DNA of 64,000 nucleotides from Basidiobolus meristosporus CBS 931.73 (lineage: Eukaryota; Fungi; Basidiobolomycota): positions 8,096 through 72,095 of the forward strand of contig MCFE01000456.1 of the NCBI GenBank assembly GCA_002104905.1. The letters are read 5' to 3'. Under the pieces are notes generated by a model. That model ran no database searches and was not told where the DNA came from. It saw only the letters and a program-made list of their open reading frames with translations. Each line of letters opens with the position of its first letter. Within the stretch, counting starts at the first letter, position 1. The position numbers and the translations under genes were made by a program. Of the stretch, positions 1 to 12,135 are shown piece by piece.

Positions 1-1253
1 GCCACATTAGGCATTGTGAAAACAAGCTTTGATTGGTTACTTCTTTCTAGCGTTTCTTGATAAGCTTGAACGATCCTTTCTACACTGTCAAATGGAACTT
101 CGGTCACCTCTTTCTCCAGCTTGAATGTTCCATTTTCAAAATGTGGCCTCAAAGTATCTAGCATTCTGGCGCCCTCTGTTGGATTCATCCGGCTAGAGCT
201 AAGCCCAAGCAAAGTCAAGGATTTGGCATAAAACTTTCGAAGATTGAGTGAGGCGTGCCCGTCTTTGTTATGGACTGCCATCACCACTATTCTGCCTCTA
301 CCTTCAGGACTCAGAATGTCCATCACGTCATTGAGAAGAGTATCTGAGCCATAAGCGTCAATCACTACCGTCAACTTGTTGCGGAATCCAAGATCAGACA
401 AGAGACGAGCCGGAGATGGATTGATTGACAAATCAATAGGGATGTGACTGGTGGCCTCAGGAGGAGATTTCGAGTAGGTCCCAAAGATATTCCTAGCTTT
501 GATTTGCGAGCACAGTTGGAGTGCTGCCGAGCCGATAGCCCCTCGAGCACCTAAAATGGTCGAAGGTGATTTAGTCCCTAGTCTTTTTTGATGCCAATCC
601 AAGTGGCAGTGAGAAAGACGGTTGCTCATTACCGTCACTTACCAATAATCAGAACGTTATCCTCTTCCTTCACCTGGGCAAGCGTATGTACGGCCAAGTG
701 TGCACATAGCCAAGGCAGACCTACAGAAGCTGCTTGGGCGAAACTCAGGTTTTTGGGTTTTTCGCTCAACGCGTCAATGCCGACCTTGATAAGACTATCC
801 GTGGTATGTGTTACTCTCGATGAATAGCCATTCCTCGTGATCCAAAGGATTTACCTTGCATGAGCTCCGTCAGATGTGAAACCAACCTCTCCACCTGTAC
901 CCCACACCTCTTTTCCCACCCACTCCTGGTGATTGCTATCAGCCACGGCTTCAACAATACCCGCGAAGTCTCTTCCAGGAGTGCGAGGTGTTGTTGTGAA
1001 AGGAAGCCACCCAAGTACGTTGACGACATCCGACTGCATTTCACCGGACGATCAATAAGAGATGTTAAGGATTGTAGTGTAAGAAGAAAATATTATTGAA
1101 CAAATGTACCAGGTTTATTCCACTGGCTTTCACCCGGATGTAGGCTTCGCCAGATTTGAGCGACGGCAGCTCTACCTTGTCGAGCCTGAGATTCTCAAAA
1201 GAACCAACGCTTGCGAAACGGAGGGCCCGAGCAACTTTAGTCATGGTATTCAT
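1..1253 (-). CDS. Medium-chain dehydrogenase/reductase (Zn-independent, quinone-oxidoreductase-like); multi-exon, 3' end runs off the window
   Basis: Spliced translation: ...RVKASGINL|SDVV...PRTPGRDFAGIVEAV...EVWGTGGEVGF...|...KPKNLSFAQAASVGLPWLCA...VLIIG|ARGAIGSAALQL (Rossmann Gly motif)...GRIVVM. Intron 1034-1109 has GT/AG ends. No stop before position 1. The exon 3 acceptor is uncertain. Confidence 0.9.
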
Positions 1254-2631
1254 TAGTTAGGGACATCTAGCCATATAGATGGACGTTATATACCTCACCA
1301 TATCACATGTCCTGATTCTTCCCAAACTTACTTAGTCACGTGTCCACTATGCAGAGCAGCCTGTCACGCTACTCCGGTAATTTATGCAACAAATTTTTTC
1401 TAGATCAGACAGCTAATGTTCGCAAGATCCATGCCAGTGTTGCCACAAGATAGATGTCTTGTCAAGCGGATCCGCGCTAGATAGTGAATCTAAGCCCGAG
1501 ACAGAACGTAACCTAGATTGAAACCATGTATTTGCATGGCTAGGTGGTTGGTTCTCAATAGGTGCTCAGCTGAGAGCCAACGATATCTGATACTGCGCCA
1601 TTTGGCTTGGCAGATTGCGTTGGGGCTCTGTGCGCCAGAGTCCGGATATCTCTAGGAATTGTACGGTATGGACAAACCGGCAAATAGGCGTGGTTTTGCT
1701 CATATATTTAGTATGAAAACAGACTAACCTTCCTCACCTGGATATACTGGTATGCCTTCTACGGTATCATGTGATAGCGGTACGTGAGATGTATACTTGG
1801 TCTCAAGAGATGGTAAACATCATTGATATCCAAGGCACTTCAGTGTTGGGTATGAGCGAATAGCCGTCCGCTTCATTTACTTCAGCCAACCAGACGACAG
1901 TCTCGACCTATTGTATAAACCTTCCATGCAACGCCAACGGTGTCGTCTATGGAGAAATCCCATCTAATCACAGATAGATTGCTTGGGGAACACAGACGTC
2001 AGTTTCATATGCTGCAGTGTATTCCTACCATTTCGTGCGGATTATCAGCTCAGCACATGTGGTTAGGGAAGTAGCTCTCCATTTCCAATTAAGGCTAATG
2101 GATCCTCGTGATCCATGATCCACCTGTCGATTACTCGCCCTTGACATGTATTGAAAACAGCTCACCAATGTTGGAACAATTTCGCTTCAATCCAATGCAA
2201 CAAATGCCCAATTGCTTGGATGAATCACCCGTTGCTGGATCCGAGACCAAATTAGAGACATTAGGGTGCAAGCCCAGAATTAGTCCAACAAGGCGTGGGG
2301 AACATGACAGAGAATATGTATGTGCGTGTGAGTGTGAAGCACCCAAGTGGTTTAGAGGGTTACAAGTCCGCCCATTGCCCACCAATTCACGTCTGCATGT
2401 TAGCAATCATACTCCAGCCTCACGGGTAATCATCCGCATAGCGACCAGATTAGCCGGATTTCAGAACACAGGAATCCTCTTTCATCGGGCCATCAATTTT
2501 TAGCCTGGAAAAAACAGCCATCATCCACGAGTTACTCGGGTCTCGTTTTACATGGATCGAGATTTAAACTGAGGTTGTCATGTAACTAATATCCCTCTTT
2601 CACTTTCGGAATTCCCTAGGTCTTGAAGCAG

Positions 2632-3234
<603 letters not shown>

Positions 3235-3591
3235 TCTGCTTGTATGAAATGATTGTTTGCACGTTCTACTTCAATAAACAATCCAGCATGCTTACTTGCG
3301 TACACGAAACATCATAGCTGTGGCAGTTATCAGTATTCTTCAAACCTAGGCTATCTGCGAATGGTGCCACTGCGTGAAACCCATGCAGCTCAACACAGTC
3401 GATTTGGGCTTTGAATACCATGCGTTGGGTGGGTTTTCCGTATGGTGGCACACGGATGGATTTGGATTTGATTCTGTTTAGATATCAATCAGAATTGGTC
3501 AGTATGGCATTATGGTTGATACGCTGCCCACAAATTTCTTTTGTTGCATACATCGGCTTGATCTCTGTTCGAGTCCCCTCCAGCGAATACT

Positions 3592-5357
3592 ATGACTTCA
3601 TCCATGCATATAGTAGACGAGCCAAGTGTATTGAACACCGAGTACTGGTCATACAAAGGGGAGGGCAATGCCAATCTGATTCTTAGTTATGACGGGCCGG
3701 ATTCACTTTATGTAAGTAGGTCTATCTACCGAGGCCCTTCTGCCCTTTTATACTCAAACCTTCTCAGGAAAACACAATATTGAGGCTTCGAAAAACCGAG
3801 AAAGAGCAGGAAAAGCCCACACCTTTAAATGAGGGGTACATCGAAAACCTAGAGTATATAGACAAAGCCATTGGCCCCTTAATTGGGCAGAAGTATGCCG
3901 GGAAGATGGTAAGACCTCAAGTAGTATCTATTGTTCTGTCTGGCCAAGGTTCCCCTAACGCTACTGCAGATTCTTTGCAAACTTCGGCCTGACTTTCTTG
4001 ATGCGCTCTCGAGAAAGATCGAGGGGTCTCGACCTGAATCCAGAAGATTCAAAACCATAGACGTTACAGAGAGTGTCGGTCTAATATGCTCAGACCATTC
4101 GAAGGTTGCCTCAACACTCTTCCCTCCGGAACACGTCCTTTCTATAGAGATCAAGGTATTTCTCCGGCCGAAAGCTAGACGTATTGCCTCCCAGCCAGTA
4201 AATTCACTCACGTCGTAACCATCTTTCTGTCGGAAAGCCAAAATGGGGATTTCTCCCAAACTCGCCACATATTAGCCAGACCAACCGGGTGAAACGCAAG
4301 GTGTGTAGATACTGCATGCACCAATATCTTAAACAAAAGAAGGACCCTGCCATCACTAGGAGCCATTTCTGTCCGCTTGATTTGTATTCGGAGGACGAAC
4401 CACGCGTGATGAAGAGCCTCAGGTGTTTGCTCGAAGTCCCACAGAATAACCTCAAGATTCACTTGAACAATCGACGACTCCTGTTTGAACAAGTAAGGGT
4501 TGCGCTTACCACGAGTCCGTGTGCTACACACCACTGAACCTAAATGTTGCTGCCAGGATGAGGATTTCCTCAGTATGGAGGCTTCGTTGGGGATTGCCCC
4601 TACAAACGACGACAGTGGACTAAGGTATCTGTTGGGATGCTTGGCAGCACGCACCTCTTAGGAGGCTTACTGATTTGCTTTCACCTAGAAAAGAGCGAGT
4701 GATCGACTTGTTAACGAAGGCGGTTTCCAAGGCCCTCTTGCATGATGGAATCATGCGGAAGCTAAAGAAGCTGCAGAGTACATTGGATGAGGCTGACATA
4801 GAAGGGATTTTCCCAATATACAAGAGCCTGAGCGAGGAAGAGCAGTACGAATTGAGGGTGTCACCTTTGGAGTGGGAGGCCACCGTAAAGCGATACATGT
4901 ACAGAATGAATGGGAAAATCAGTAGGTTTTCTATCCCCAGCCCTTATAGACTCGCACTGCTAACGAGAGACGATCTCCATACAGAACTGCATGATCTTCA
5001 AAGTCTGTCGAAAGAAGAGAAATTTCAGAAGATTCGGGAATTCATGATCTCCACGACACTGAAGGACTGTTCGGTCATGCTGACCCTGATGTCCTCGAAA
5101 TTCATGCCTGCCGAAAAAAGGTAACCACTCGATCACCACTTCCTGAGCGCAGTATCAGTAACCTTGCTTTTAACAGGCACTTGACCGATGGCGTGTTCAG
5201 CTCATTTGAAATTGGCGACGATCAATTCTTTCAAAAGGTTGGGCTGGTCGATCTGGACCCCAAAGCGGTCTCAAAGATCCCGCACTATTACAAGTTGGAT
5301 CAAGAGATAGTGGCCCATTATTGTGAGCTGGGTGTTAACGAGCCATGCACGCCATAG
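3592..5357 (+). CDS. IPK1: Inositol-pentakisphosphate 2-kinase, 7 exons
   Basis: Family motifs assemble across six GT-AG introns: YKGEGNANL, LRLRK, EIK|PKWGF, CRYCMHQ, DLYS, PQNNLKI, TTLKDCSVML, LVDLDPK. Stop TAG at 5355-5357. Confidence 0.95.
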
Positions 5358-5552
5358 AGGGAGGGCTTCCAGAAGCTAAGGAATTCTGAAATCTACGTCG
5401 AGCACATCCCAATTTGCTCATCCCTCCTGCCTCTCTGTCTGGGATGCTCCTTGCAGTCCGTAATGAACTCTCAAAGAGCATTAATTCCTTGAGTATCTTT
5501 AGAATAAACCGCTGCTAAGTAAGATGTATCGATCGATCGTTTTAATATTTAT

Positions 5553-6743
5553 TTACTGATCGTTTTGTGACGACTCTTTAAGCGGCTCATCCGAGGATGG
5601 TGCATGGTTCACCTGGTGGTGGTCTCCCCTGGGCCTGTAATGTTGTTGAGCCCCTCGGGAATCTCTCCAAGGCTGGTTTGGGATAGAGCGCGAGTGCTCT
5701 GGCCGAGGGGAAGCGATATATGTTTGATGCCTCCAATTTTGCGAAGCATGATGATCATGATACCCTGCACGATATTGCGTGTTCCCTTGCGAATACCCAC
5801 CTCGCCCATAAGAGGGGTGTCTAGGTTGATGATTCGGATGTGAATAGCCTCGATGATGACTCGAATGTGAATAGCCTCGATGATGACTCGAATTATGATA
5901 GTTGTTCTGATATTTAGCATGTGCTGGTTTTCCTTGATTTTCCTCAAGACTTAGTTGCTTCCGTATACTATATATATTAGGATTAACAGGACTGTGAGAG
6001 AGCGCGTTCAGTTGTTGGAGAATGTATTCATTAGTATAGTATCCATCTACAAATATAGCTTGACGAGTATCTATCTCCAAGGCTTTATAAAACCCTTCTT
6101 CGAGGGTAGGTCTGGTGAGCATGCGTTGGAACCTTCTCAGTACTTCCAAACCTTCTTCTCCTACTACTCCGGTGGGGTGTTCTTCACGAGCCTGGACCCG
6201 ATTCTCGCATTCCTGTACCGAACGGAAAGTCAGCCTTACCATCGCTAAAAAAAACCTTTTCTAGCTGTGTATAACATACTTGAAAGGGGGTGGTGAAGAA
6301 AATTACTTCTGGGAGCAAATCAAATTCGAACGCAATTCTGATCCAAGTCTTTCTCTGCTTTTCGTCAAAGTTACACCTGTCTATCACAGCATTTCTTCCC
6401 TAAAAAGCTAAAAGGTGAGTTTGCTTGGTCCTGGCAACTCATATCGGCGAGCAACAACCTCTTTCAACCACCTTCGAGTATATCTTTCACAGGTAGATCT
6501 ATCACCCATGTCATCCTGATTAACCCTACGCCAGCTCTGGGATGGAAAAAGGATTAGGAAAACAAAGAACCAAGCCATTAGTTCTAGCTCGAATGCTAGA
6601 GATACCTTATCATAAGAACATAAACTCTTTGCAAATGTGCTCTTGCCACTCCCAGGCGCGCCTACTAGAATCAAGACCCGAGACTTTTCCGGTAGTTTTC
6701 TGCTCGTGGTATTTTGAGTTTCGGGGAGCTTGTTCGATTCCAT
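5553..6743 (-). CDS. AAA_33 / polynucleotide-kinase-like P-loop protein with a low-complexity C-terminal tail; 4 exons
   Basis: Walker A LVGAPGSGKST; spliced WRRVNQDDMGDRSTCE...WLKE|GRNAVIDRCNFDEKQRKTW...TTPFQ|ECENRVQAREEHPT...PTLEEGF. Three GT-AG introns restore the frame. Confidence 0.88.
5838..5891. repeat. 27-bp perfect tandem duplication (x2) inside the kinase tail
   Basis: ATGTGAATAGCCTCGATGATGACTCGA repeated twice; encodes SSHHRGYSH twice on the minus strand. Confidence 0.95.
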
Positions 6744-7090
6744 TCCAAAAAATCAATTTCTCCGTTGCTTGCGTGAGGCTTTATTGACAAGTAATTTGCA
6801 ATTAGAAGGAATCGAAGTTACACTCTGCAGAAATTACTAAATTTAAGCAATGCCAAATCGGATACGAATGCCACCCGCTCTATGATTCAAAACTGTACAT
6901 GCTTGATTAGGGTTAGTAAGGTGGTTAGAATTGGAATCAGGGTTGTGGCATGAGCTAGGGATGGAATTTACTGTCATGGGACGAATTAGCTAATTCACCT
7001 ATTATCACCGATATTTAATTCGCTTGGTCGATAAAGAGGACATTATTCACAGGTATTATGGAAATAAATAGACTTGAACCAGAGCTAGAA

Positions 7091-8546
7091 TCACCACAGT
7101 AAAAATTCAGGCTCGGTCTGATTCGACCCGTCTTCGTCCTCTTCCTCTGGCTCAGTGCTTGGCTCGGTGTTGGCTAGAGTTTGCCAATTAGGGAGGATCT
7201 CAGATAGCGGTTTAGGATTAGTATTGATCGCGTATCCTAGGGTTTCTAAAATGCCGATCAGCTGAGGACCTATGGGCGAGTATTTGCTTTGCTTGACTTG
7301 TCGGAGTTTTGCCTGTATGGAGCCAGGACCACTCTTATACTTCATAACAAAGTCGGGTGAGTTCAGGTTGCTCTGGTAGTCCAAGTGGCAGAGTGAGCTG
7401 CCCTGCGTGAATCGCCCTATTGACGTTTCTAGAAAGATAGTATCATTGAGATCTTTGGCATTTTTCGGCAAAAACACAATGGCGTTGGGTCGTGTTCCGG
7501 CACTCAGGAGATCCTGAGTGATTTGGGCTTCTACAGTGTCTTGAAGTTTCCTGAAGATCCCCCACCCGGAGGAGCCAGATTCGTATTTCTGTGAAAGCAA
7601 CCGATTACTTATTTGATCCGCTATCTCGGTCAGTCTGGTCATACTGGGGTACTCCGCCAAATACTGATCGAATGCGTTCTCAGTGAAGCCAACAAATCTG
7701 GTACCACCGTTTCTTAGGTTCTGAAAATTAGGCCTCGGTGTTAGACCGATCTTGAAATAGTTATCCCATTGCGTGGTAAACCCAAGACCGTGGATCAATT
7801 CGTGCAGAATCACAGAAAGGAAGTCATACTGGCGACGTTTAATGGGATTCGGGTCCTATTGAGATGGTCCTTGTGAGAAAACGCTATGCATGGCTGACCT
7901 CTGGCACATCAGCTTACCACTTGAAACCAGAACCTGGCTTCCGAATTGAACGTTGCCTGGATGTCGACCCCACTAAATTCGGGCACTTCAGACAGCTCCA
8001 TCTGTTTAACCAGTGCCTGGGGATATAGTCTGCGTTTTCCATCGCTGTCGTTCAGTTTAATACTTCTAGCCGGGCCTGCATACCCTGACGCGTGCACCAT
8101 TAGTACCGTAGTCCTACGAACGCGCGCTCGGATTGTCCAAGCATCCAGAGAATATAGTTACCTAGTAACGAGGAGTGACACCAGTCCATATCCTCACAAT
8201 AATTGACATATGCCGCCTTGACGTTTACCGTACGCTTGAAATCGATCACATTGCGCAATATGTCAAATGCGATCTGGAAGGTGGCTTTAGCTTTTTCACA
8301 AGTGACTACGCTCTCCGTACACTTGAACGAAACTAATCTCATCGTTGGCGGTTCTTTCTCGGCCTCGTCCGAAACTCTGGCATTATCCCTTGCAGAGGCG
8401 TGGCACTCTACTGGGACTATGTAGTTTGGCTCAAATGAATTGGGGTGCTCGTAACACAGGCTATCCAAAGCCACATCACTCACTGGGATTCCCATCACCC
8501 CTGCTATGCACTCTACAAGAAGTGGTAGTAAAATGGCTTTACGCAT
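7091..8546 (-). CDS. Secreted HEXXH zincin-like protein of unknown function; 3 exons
   Basis: N-terminal signal-like MRKAILLPLLVECIAGVMG; spliced LLG|YAGPAR, RLYPQALVKQ, FWFQV|DPNPIKRRQYDFLSVILHELIHGLGF; later FTQGSSLCHLD, DFVMKY, PIGPQLIGILETLGY. Zero-frame stop at 7091-7093 (see finding on the -1 frame tail). Confidence 0.85.
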
Positions 8547-9489
8547 AAAAGTAAGGGTTAGTATAAGTTTATGGGGTTAAAGAGACGGTTAGTTGAGGAA
8601 CTCCTAGACAAGTCGGCATTCCAGCGATTTATATCAAGAAGCCTTTGGGCATAAACGGTGGACACAATTAGATAGAAAAGAATCCACTTTTCGGAAAATA
8701 ACCTGCCAATGTTTGCAATCAGCTACGATTGACCGAATAATTTCCATACCATTTCATTATCCTCATTCAATAGGGCTCGGAGAATTCGAGGCACTCTACT
8801 CGTGCACCGCCCGTTCTCGGCGTAGCTAAAATGGCAATCCACAATAATTCACCTACCAAAATGGACCCATCCGGCACTGGCGCACTGTCCGGATACGTTG
8901 TCCTACGGAGCCGAGTGACTGGTTGTTTGATAAGGAGAAGCGTTATGCTGGCATGGATGAAAGGGCCTGCATGTGGATCCAATCGGTTTCAAACGTCAGA
9001 AATGGCATTGTTCAAAAATGGATTCGAGCCAGCAGTCTATTTTGTAGATTAGACACGGTTATCCACGGCCTGCCGTGTCCAATTGCCTTCACCCTCCTCA
9101 ATGGCGATTGTGCTGAGCTAGGGCACATCTACACAATGAATGAATGAGAGCACTTTCGAGAAGAACTCGGATTGGGTGCTTTCCACACACACAACACAAT
9201 GACTAATAGCCAATCCTGGCGTCAAGCAGGGTGCGTATGCCGGAGCATCGGTTGATCCACGCCAATCCATTCCAGATCTGCCAGAGTCTGTTCAGCAACC
9301 TTGATATGATAGTGTCGCTTGGTGGAGGAACGAATTTCCAGCGCTGGATATCCTATTCAGGGGCGATTCATATCAAATAAGTCGGATATTTGCCTTCTGC
9401 CAAACAACATTTTGTTGCTTCTAAATGTTAACAGGGGTGTTTACTTTACGATGCGATGCAAGTGCTACTACAAATCGAATGTCCCTCGT

Positions 9490-10813
9490 CTACATAAAGC
9501 GCTTTCTCAGCATGGTGCTGACTTGATCAAACACCACCAACAGGATGCCTCCACCAGGCCCCAATCTCAAAACCTTAGGAACGAACCCTTTATACAATGC
9601 GGCAAACCTACAAGTCGGATGTTTAGCACGAAACATTTTAGGTTGAGCAGTAAGCATCCATGGTACCCTTCCTCCTTGTACACTGTTCTCAACGCAGGAA
9701 GAGCCCAGTTGTATTTGGGCACCATTCCTGGTGTTTGGTTCTGTATTCTTGTTTTTACGACATCGAAAGGCGTATTGAGAATTGTACCAGCTGCTCCACC
9801 AATCGCACCAGCGACGAAGTTGCGGACTAGTTCACCCTGTTTAGTCTACAGAAAACGTTAGATAAGCTTTCATCCCTGAATACTCTGGCACACTTACTTC
9901 TGCCTTGGGAAGTGCAGATCTGACACCATGAATGACACCAAAATAGCCACCGTTCCAAAGAGCATGGCGGAACACTGTGGCCTCCAATCCTTTGAAGAAA
10001 GCAAAAGGCCCTGAGGGTAACAATTAATTCAATGTTGGCGACTGCTTAGTCGAGGCTGACTACCAATTAAACCGCACCTTCTTCAGCAAGGATTTTTCTA
10101 ACGCAATCCATTGTGCCCGTGTACCTGCCAGCCTGGTATTGTTCTACATATCAGTGGGTCTACGATAACATCATACAATGACTGATCAGTTACGTTGTTT
10201 TTATCTTGCAGGCGGATCTTAACGAGCTCAAAGGAAACCACAACAAATGCTTCGGTGACGCCTGCGCTGACACCAGTAAGGATAGACAACGATTGTGTCA
10301 TGTGTGAAATCCCGAAGAGATTTTTGTAAAGGGTACTATATTGCTCATTGGCAGCAAATTTAATAGCGCGCTTAGGTGCCTCAACCATAACAGGCGGGAT
10401 GATACCACGATACAGCCGGCCAAAGCTAGACCGAAGAATGAGTCAAAGAGCAGCTCGGGTTCAGAATATATACATACCCTTCCGTTTTTATGATTTTCCT
10501 GAAGCAGTCAGCAATGGAGGTGTATCCTTCAGCGCCGCCTTTCCCAACCTGTAGCTGGAATCTGGTTTTCACCACTACGAGTAACCGATAATTAATATGG
10601 ACACAACCCAACCACTGTGCTTATGCAAGCTACCATCAAGTGGATACATAGTCAGAATCTCGCTAACTCCGGCAACGGCACCAGCAACAAATTGGAGATG
10701 AAATGGAAGTGCTACAGAGGGCAGTTTCTTAGATTTGGAAATATTCAGAGGTAAGAACAATATAGGGCTGTACGTTTTTGAGGCAGGGTGGCCGTGTTTT
10801 GCTTGGTAGTCAT
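9490..10813 (-). CDS. ODC1: Mitochondrial 2-oxodicarboxylate carrier (SLC25A21/Odc family); multi-exon
   Basis: MTTKQNTATLPQK|PLPFHLQFVAGAVAGVSEILTMYPLD|VVKTRFQLQ; EAPKRAIKFAANEQY; FELVKIRLQD; RHALWNGGYFG; NTPFDVVK; YKGFVPKVLRLGPGGGILLVVFD. Three carrier repeats with PX(D/E)XX(K/R)-type signatures. Confidence 0.93.
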
Positions 10814-12135
10814 GGTATGCCCGAGAGATATTTGCGGTCAAAAAAGTCGAAGTTTTCGTAGTACTAACGAGCAGGTACCACTCAAGCGCTCAGGGTAGCG
10901 ATATATATAAACATTGAATGGTAAATCCCCAATCTATATATGGAGTTTCCCCAAGGGTTGATAGTCATTCAGGGTTGTAGTGAACTTAAATTCGATTATG
11001 ATCAAAACGAGATGCAATCTACCTACGATGATTTGTTGATATTGAGCCATATTCAGCAATAGGACTTGTGGAGGCATGGGAGTGGCTTTTGCCGCGAGGC
11101 TTTGGCATTGCTAGATCTATCTTATCTAGCAGGTCACACGGACGAGTTCATGGTCGACAAGGGCTGACTGTAATAACTATTATACAAGGCACCCCTGCTA
11201 TGCGAAACGATTGTCACTGTGGAGAGATCATTGCACTTATTGGTCATCCTCATACGAGCCTCCAATATAATATTTAATTGGGTTTGCGCTCTTGAATACT
11301 CCACGTCCACAATATTAGGAAGAGATTTTCAGAGTTGCAAGCGCATCTGCCATTTTGGGTCTCATACTGGCGAACGTCACTACCCGTTCTGGTGACTCTA
11401 ACCTGGAGACGACGAATATTCCTTTACGCTGGGGCTTATTTCACTTCTGCATGGCAATTCCTCTTGCCTAGAGTGTCTGCAAACATGACTTAACTATAGA
11501 ATCACTACCGCAAAGCAATCAAGTGAAGGCTGTCGACCCAGAAGTTACCGCTTCCTTGGATGATAGCTGATAGCACAACTAGATGCAATCGGGCACTTCG
11601 CTAGCCTCATTGAGCAAATAAACACCAGCACTACAGGCTAAAAACACTGGGGTAGCCCAAATGCTTGACGCTGAATGCAGCTCGATTGATTCCTTGTCAA
11701 CTCACGATTGTCAGAATCGTTATCATGCACCATGAGTTTTGTTAGGCAGCTCGAAGGAGTGGGGTTCACATATGTTTCGCTGCTCTCCAATTACAGGGCT
11801 GAGAGGATTAATTTTGCAATCCCTATCCCTATCCCGTTCCCATGTATACCAATTATCTCCGCTTGGAGTAACAATTAATTAAAACAGCAATATCCTTGCA
11901 AGGATTACTATACATGTGTTATAGCCCGCTGCATGGCACACCTTCCTGAAATCCTGGAACCCTTGGATACCTAGAAAACAATCTCGGAATCGTGAGTTTA
12001 AGTACTGTGGTAACGATCTGGTGGCATGGGTGCTGAGTCCTTACGTTTACTCCACAATTGGCCCGAGCAGTTTAATACGGGTGCTTGTCTATAAAAGACC
12101 CAGCTTTCGCAACTGGCTCGCCAACATACCACATT

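Noticed and set aside
8855-9147. About 100-codon open frame (RIRCPTEPSDWLFDKEKRYAGMDERACMW...HGLPCP)
   Set aside because: No ATG or convincing acceptor at its start and no recognisable family; the GLPC resemblance to a SWIM finger lacks the other ligands.
9319-9861. 180-aa plus-strand ORF
   Set aside because: Mostly overlaps the last exons of the mitochondrial carrier on the opposite strand; treated as an antisense shadow.
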